From Actinomycetota bacterium (GTDB lineage: Bacteria > Actinomycetota > CADDZG01 > WHSQ01): 48,019 bases of DNA. The notes beneath the pieces are model-generated. The model saw only the letters and a list, made by a program, of their open reading frames with translations. It had not been told where the DNA came from and did not search any database. The stretch is from the NCBI GenBank assembly GCA_013695835.1, contig JACCZU010000186.1, positions 1 to 48,019 of the forward strand. Direction: 5' to 3'. Position 1 is the stretch's first letter. Each line of letters starts with the position of its first letter. Of this stretch, positions 45,276 through 48,019 are shown one piece after another. The position numbers and the translations under genes are program-made.

Positions 45276-46837
45276 GTCGCCTCGGCCTCCCCCGGCGGCC
45301 ACACGCGCCGCCCCGAGGCCCACGTCCCGATGATCTCGGTGCCCCTTAGCGCCTCGGGATCGACCTCGAGTGGGTCACGATCTACGACCACGACGTCGGC
45401 CTTGAGGCTGGGCTCGAGGCTCCCCCTGGCGTCCCCCCCGGCGAGGCGATGGGACCCGACGGTATGGGCGAACAGGGCATCGGAGGCGCTCAGAGATTGC
45501 CCGGGCAGGTTGTGTGCCCGCAGGGCAGCCATCTGAAGCCATGGGTCGAGCGGGGTGACGGTCGAATCCGAGCCCGCTCCCACGATCAGGCCCCCGTCGA
45601 GCATCGTCTTGAAACGGTTCATGCCCGCTGCGCGCCTCGGCCCGACCCGAGTTGCGTACATACCGTGCTCGCCGCCCCAGAAGGCGTCGAAGGCGGGTTG
45701 CACGCTTGCCCTCAGCCCCAGCAGCGCGGCCCTGCGCACGTGCTCATCGGAGGCGCACTCGAAGTGCTCGATGCGGTGCCCGAGGGCACGCACGGCCTCG
45801 GTGCCCGCGGCGGCGGCGACGGCCTCCCAGCAGTCGAGCGCCTGAGTGATCGCCGCATCGCCGATCGCGTGAACTCCGACCTGCAGCCCGGCGGCCTGGG
45901 CGCTGCCGAAGAGCTCGATGACCTCTTCGTTTGTGTGGTAAGCGATGCCGCGTGGGGGCGATCCCGGTGGCGGGGGCGCGTCGTAGGGCTCGGACAGCCA
46001 GGCCGTCTGCGAGCCGAACGAGCCGTCGAGAAAGAAGTCCCCCCCGATGCGCTCGAAGCCCATGTCGACCACGCGGGCCACCTCTGCCGTGGCGACGTAG
46101 AAGACCACGTCGAGCGCGCTCGTGGCTGCGACGTCGCGGACGATGTCGAGTGAGGGCCACCCCCGCCACTCGACGACGTACATCTCGTGCACGGTGGTTA
46201 CGCCCTTCGAGTAGGCGAGCTGTGCCGCCGCAGTGATCGCGTCGCGTTGCTCCTGCGCAGGGAGCTGCGACTCAAACCAGCGCCACGCCCGCCCCGCAGC
46301 CTGCTCCCTGAGATAGCCGGTGGGCTCTCCTTGCTCGGAGAGGTCAACGCCGGCGAGGCCGTCGAGGTCGAGCTGCTCGAGGACCGCGCTTGAAACGATG
46401 CAGGAGTGCATGTCGGCGCGCGCGAGGAGCGCGGTGCGCCCCCCTACGGCGGCATCGAGATCGGCCGCCCCAAGGGGCCGGTCGAGCGGGTCCTCGAAGT
46501 TGCCGCCGAACAGGAGGCCGCCAGTCCCTCCTCCACCGCCATTCCCTCCTCCACCCTTCGCACGGGCGGCGAAGGCGTTCATGATCGCACTGCTCGAGCC
46601 CTCGCCCCTGAAGTCCATGCCGAGCGCGTAAAGGCCGGTCGCAGGGAGATGCACGTGCGCATCGCAGAACGCAGGCAGGGCCACGGCCCCAGCGAGATCG
46701 ATCGTGCGGTCGGCGGCCGGAGTCTCGGCCGTCGTCCCCGTCGCAACCACAGTGTCGTCGTCGCACAAGAGCCAGTCAGCAGGCGCCGCTTCGGGGTGGG
46801 CCCTGACCCTTCCTCCGGTGAACAGCGTCGTGGTCAT
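45272..46837 (-). CDS. metal-dependent amidohydrolase (Amidohydro_3/YtcJ-like) with a glycine-run insert
   Basis: The HxH motif (FCDAHVHL), HAIGD, HRIEH and GSDS residues follow the order typical of the family. The low-complexity run GGGGNGGGGGTGG is encoded at 46517-46555. Confidence 0.8.
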   Translation of the reverse strand: MTTTLFTGGRVRAHPEAAPADWLLCDDDTVVATGTTAETPAADRTIDLAGAVALPAFCDAHVHLPATGLYALGMDFRGEGSSSAIMNAFAARAKGGGGNGGGGGTGGLLFGGNFEDPLDRPLGAADLDAAVGGRTALLARADMHSCIVSSAVLEQLDLDGLAGVDLSEQGEPTGYLREQAAGRAWRWFESQLPAQEQRDAITAAAQLAYSKGVTTVHEMYVVEWRGWPSLDIVRDVAATSALDVVFYVATAEVARVVDMGFERIGGDFFLDGSFGSQTAWLSEPYDAPPPPGSPPRGIAYHTNEEVIELFGSAQAAGLQVGVHAIGDAAITQALDCWEAVAAAAGTEAVRALGHRIEHFECASDEHVRRAALLGLRASVQPAFDAFWGGEHGMYATRVGPRRAAGMNRFKTMLDGGLIVGAGSDSTVTPLDPWLQMAALRAHNLPGQSLSASDALFAHTVGSHRLAGGDARGSLEPSLKADVVVVDRDPLEVDPEALRGTEIIGTWASGRRVWPPGEAEAT

Positions 46838-47838
46838 CCCCCGAAGGCCTCGAGGAGAAGCGGCTCGCTGCGGACGAGGTCGAGCGCAAGCCTTGCGTGC
46901 CCCGGCACGTAGCCGTTGCCTATGGTCATGTCACAAGCCTTGCCCAAACCCTCGGCCGTGAGCGCAGCCGCCGTGAACGAGGTCGCCATGGAGAAAAAGA
47001 CCACCCGGCCGTCGTCATCGCACGACAATATTGCCCCGCCCTCGCAGCCCGGCACGCTGGCACACACGAACACGAGGTCGGCGAGGGCCCCGTCGAGCGC
47101 CGTGGTGACTGTCTCGAGAACCTCAATCGGAGCGGTGCAGTCGACCGCCACGGCTTCCGCCCCGCCGCCCTGTGCGGCCGTGGTGGTGTCCGGAGGCCAG
47201 CACAGCCCGAGCACGCGGCCCTCAGGCCCCGCCGAGCGGACTGCCTGCGCGCACACAAGCATTCCGGACTTACCGCCCGCCCCGATGACGGCGACCTTCA
47301 TCCCGGGCCGGACGAGGCGGTGGGCCCATGCGGGGGCGCCGCAGACGTCGAGCACGCCGAGCGTCACCTCATCCGGGAGGTCGTCGGGTACGGGCGTGTA
47401 GATACCCGATCCGAACAGGATTGCCCGCCCTTTGACCCTGACCTTCTCGGAGCTGGGATCGAGTTCGAGGATGGCATCGAGGCGCAGCGGCGTCAGCGTG
47501 AGCGAAACGAGCGAGGCGATGCGCTCCCCAATGGGCGGGTCGCTCCTATGCGCGCCAAGAGCCGCGACGGTGCCAACGAGCATTCCCCCCGATCCCGTCG
47601 CCGGGTTGTGCATCTTGCCCGACCGTCCGACGATGTCGATGATCCTTCGCGCCATGGCCTCCGGCGATCCGCCGGTGCTTGTGCGGATCTCCAGCCACGA
47701 CGCTGCGTCGATGTTGAGGTAGTCGACGTCTATGGCGACTTCGTCCTCGCGCAGCTCTGAGTCGACGTCGAGGCGATGAGCTGCCTGCGGCAGCGTGCCC
47801 TCGGGCTCGATGGAACGATGAGTGCCGAACAGCTGCAT
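46834..47838 (-). CDS. kdd: L-erythro-3,5-diaminohexanoate dehydrogenase
   Basis: FGTHRSIEPEGTLPQ, GKMHNPATGSGGMLVGTV, SLVSLTLTPLRL, VAVIGAGGKSG and FFSMATSFTAAAL are colinear with recalled Fusobacterium Kdd. Confidence 0.9.
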   Translation of the reverse strand: MQLFGTHRSIEPEGTLPQAAHRLDVDSELREDEVAIDVDYLNIDAASWLEIRTSTGGSPEAMARRIIDIVGRSGKMHNPATGSGGMLVGTVAALGAHRSDPPIGERIASLVSLTLTPLRLDAILELDPSSEKVRVKGRAILFGSGIYTPVPDDLPDEVTLGVLDVCGAPAWAHRLVRPGMKVAVIGAGGKSGMLVCAQAVRSAGPEGRVLGLCWPPDTTTAAQGGGAEAVAVDCTAPIEVLETVTTALDGALADLVFVCASVPGCEGGAILSCDDDGRVVFFSMATSFTAAALTAEGLGKACDMTIGNGYVPGHARLALDLVRSEPLLLEAFGG

Positions 47839-47843
47839 CCGGT

Positions 47844-48019
47844 TCAGGCGCTCATGGGCTTGGCGGCGGGACTTGGGTCGTCCCGCAAGGACGAGCCCTG
47901 CGCCTCCCAGTAGATCTTGCCGGCTTCGGGAAGCGCCCAGATCGGGTCGTAGTACGCATAGGTCTGCGCAAGGGCTCCGGGATCGTCGAACTCGATGCCC
48001 GTCCGATAGTTCTTGGTCC
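47844..48019 (-). CDS. 3' end of a gene running off the window; possibly a KamA-family (lysine 2,3-aminomutase) radical SAM enzyme
   Basis: The reverse translation ends ...TKNYRTGIEFDDPGALAQTYAYYDPIWALPEAGKIYWEAQGSSLRDDPSPAAKPMSA-stop. KNYRTG resembles the RNYEG string near KamA C-termini. The assignment rests mostly on context. Confidence 0.4.
   Translation of the reverse strand, partial: TKNYRTGIEFDDPGALAQTYAYYDPIWALPEAGKIYWEAQGSSLRDDPSPAAKPMSA

Overview
High-GC chromosomal segment with the gene order of an Actinomycetota-like (probably deep-branching) genome. About 45 genes are mostly on the + strand and tightly packed, often with 1-11 nt start/stop overlaps. From memory, the backbone matches two conserved actinobacterial blocks. 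Block 1 is steA - mctB-like - [murJ/GT/membrane/MraY-like insert] - pyrG - ald - xerD - deoB - parA-like - (M50 protease, trpS) - scpA - scpB - rluB - aroH - tyrA - aroA - cmk - der - tRNA-Pro, comparable to Rv1697-Rv1713. Block 2 is pgsA - gcvH - garA-like FHA - MerR - (dacB-like, hpt) - DUF151 nuclease - MerR - hypothetical - gcvT - gcvPA - gcvPB, comparable to Rv1822-Rv1832. After 33 kb the content becomes more accessory: an L,D-transpeptidase, a PPOX-family protein, two toxin-antitoxin pairs whose PIN toxins are both destroyed, an epimerase, ppm1-lnt, DUF4193 and an archaeal-type proS. On the minus strand there is a translationally coupled beta-lysine/3,5-diaminohexanoate operon (kamA-like, kdd, amidohydrolase, kamD, kamE, kal, HAD). 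I found no rRNA, CRISPR array, transposase or prophage. The most interesting unexplained items are the envelope module chained to steA/mctB, which includes a 747-aa membrane protein with an apparently reversed alkaline-phosphatase-like architecture. Next are a small RHH-like ORF coupled to the orphan ParA, and a 532-bp non-coding gap (39667-40198) holding two long perfect inverted repeats. The lysine operon with non-canonical hydrolases and several short tandem repeats in regulatory positions also deserve a look. All family assignments come from motif recognition by eye and recalled sequences; no searches were run.
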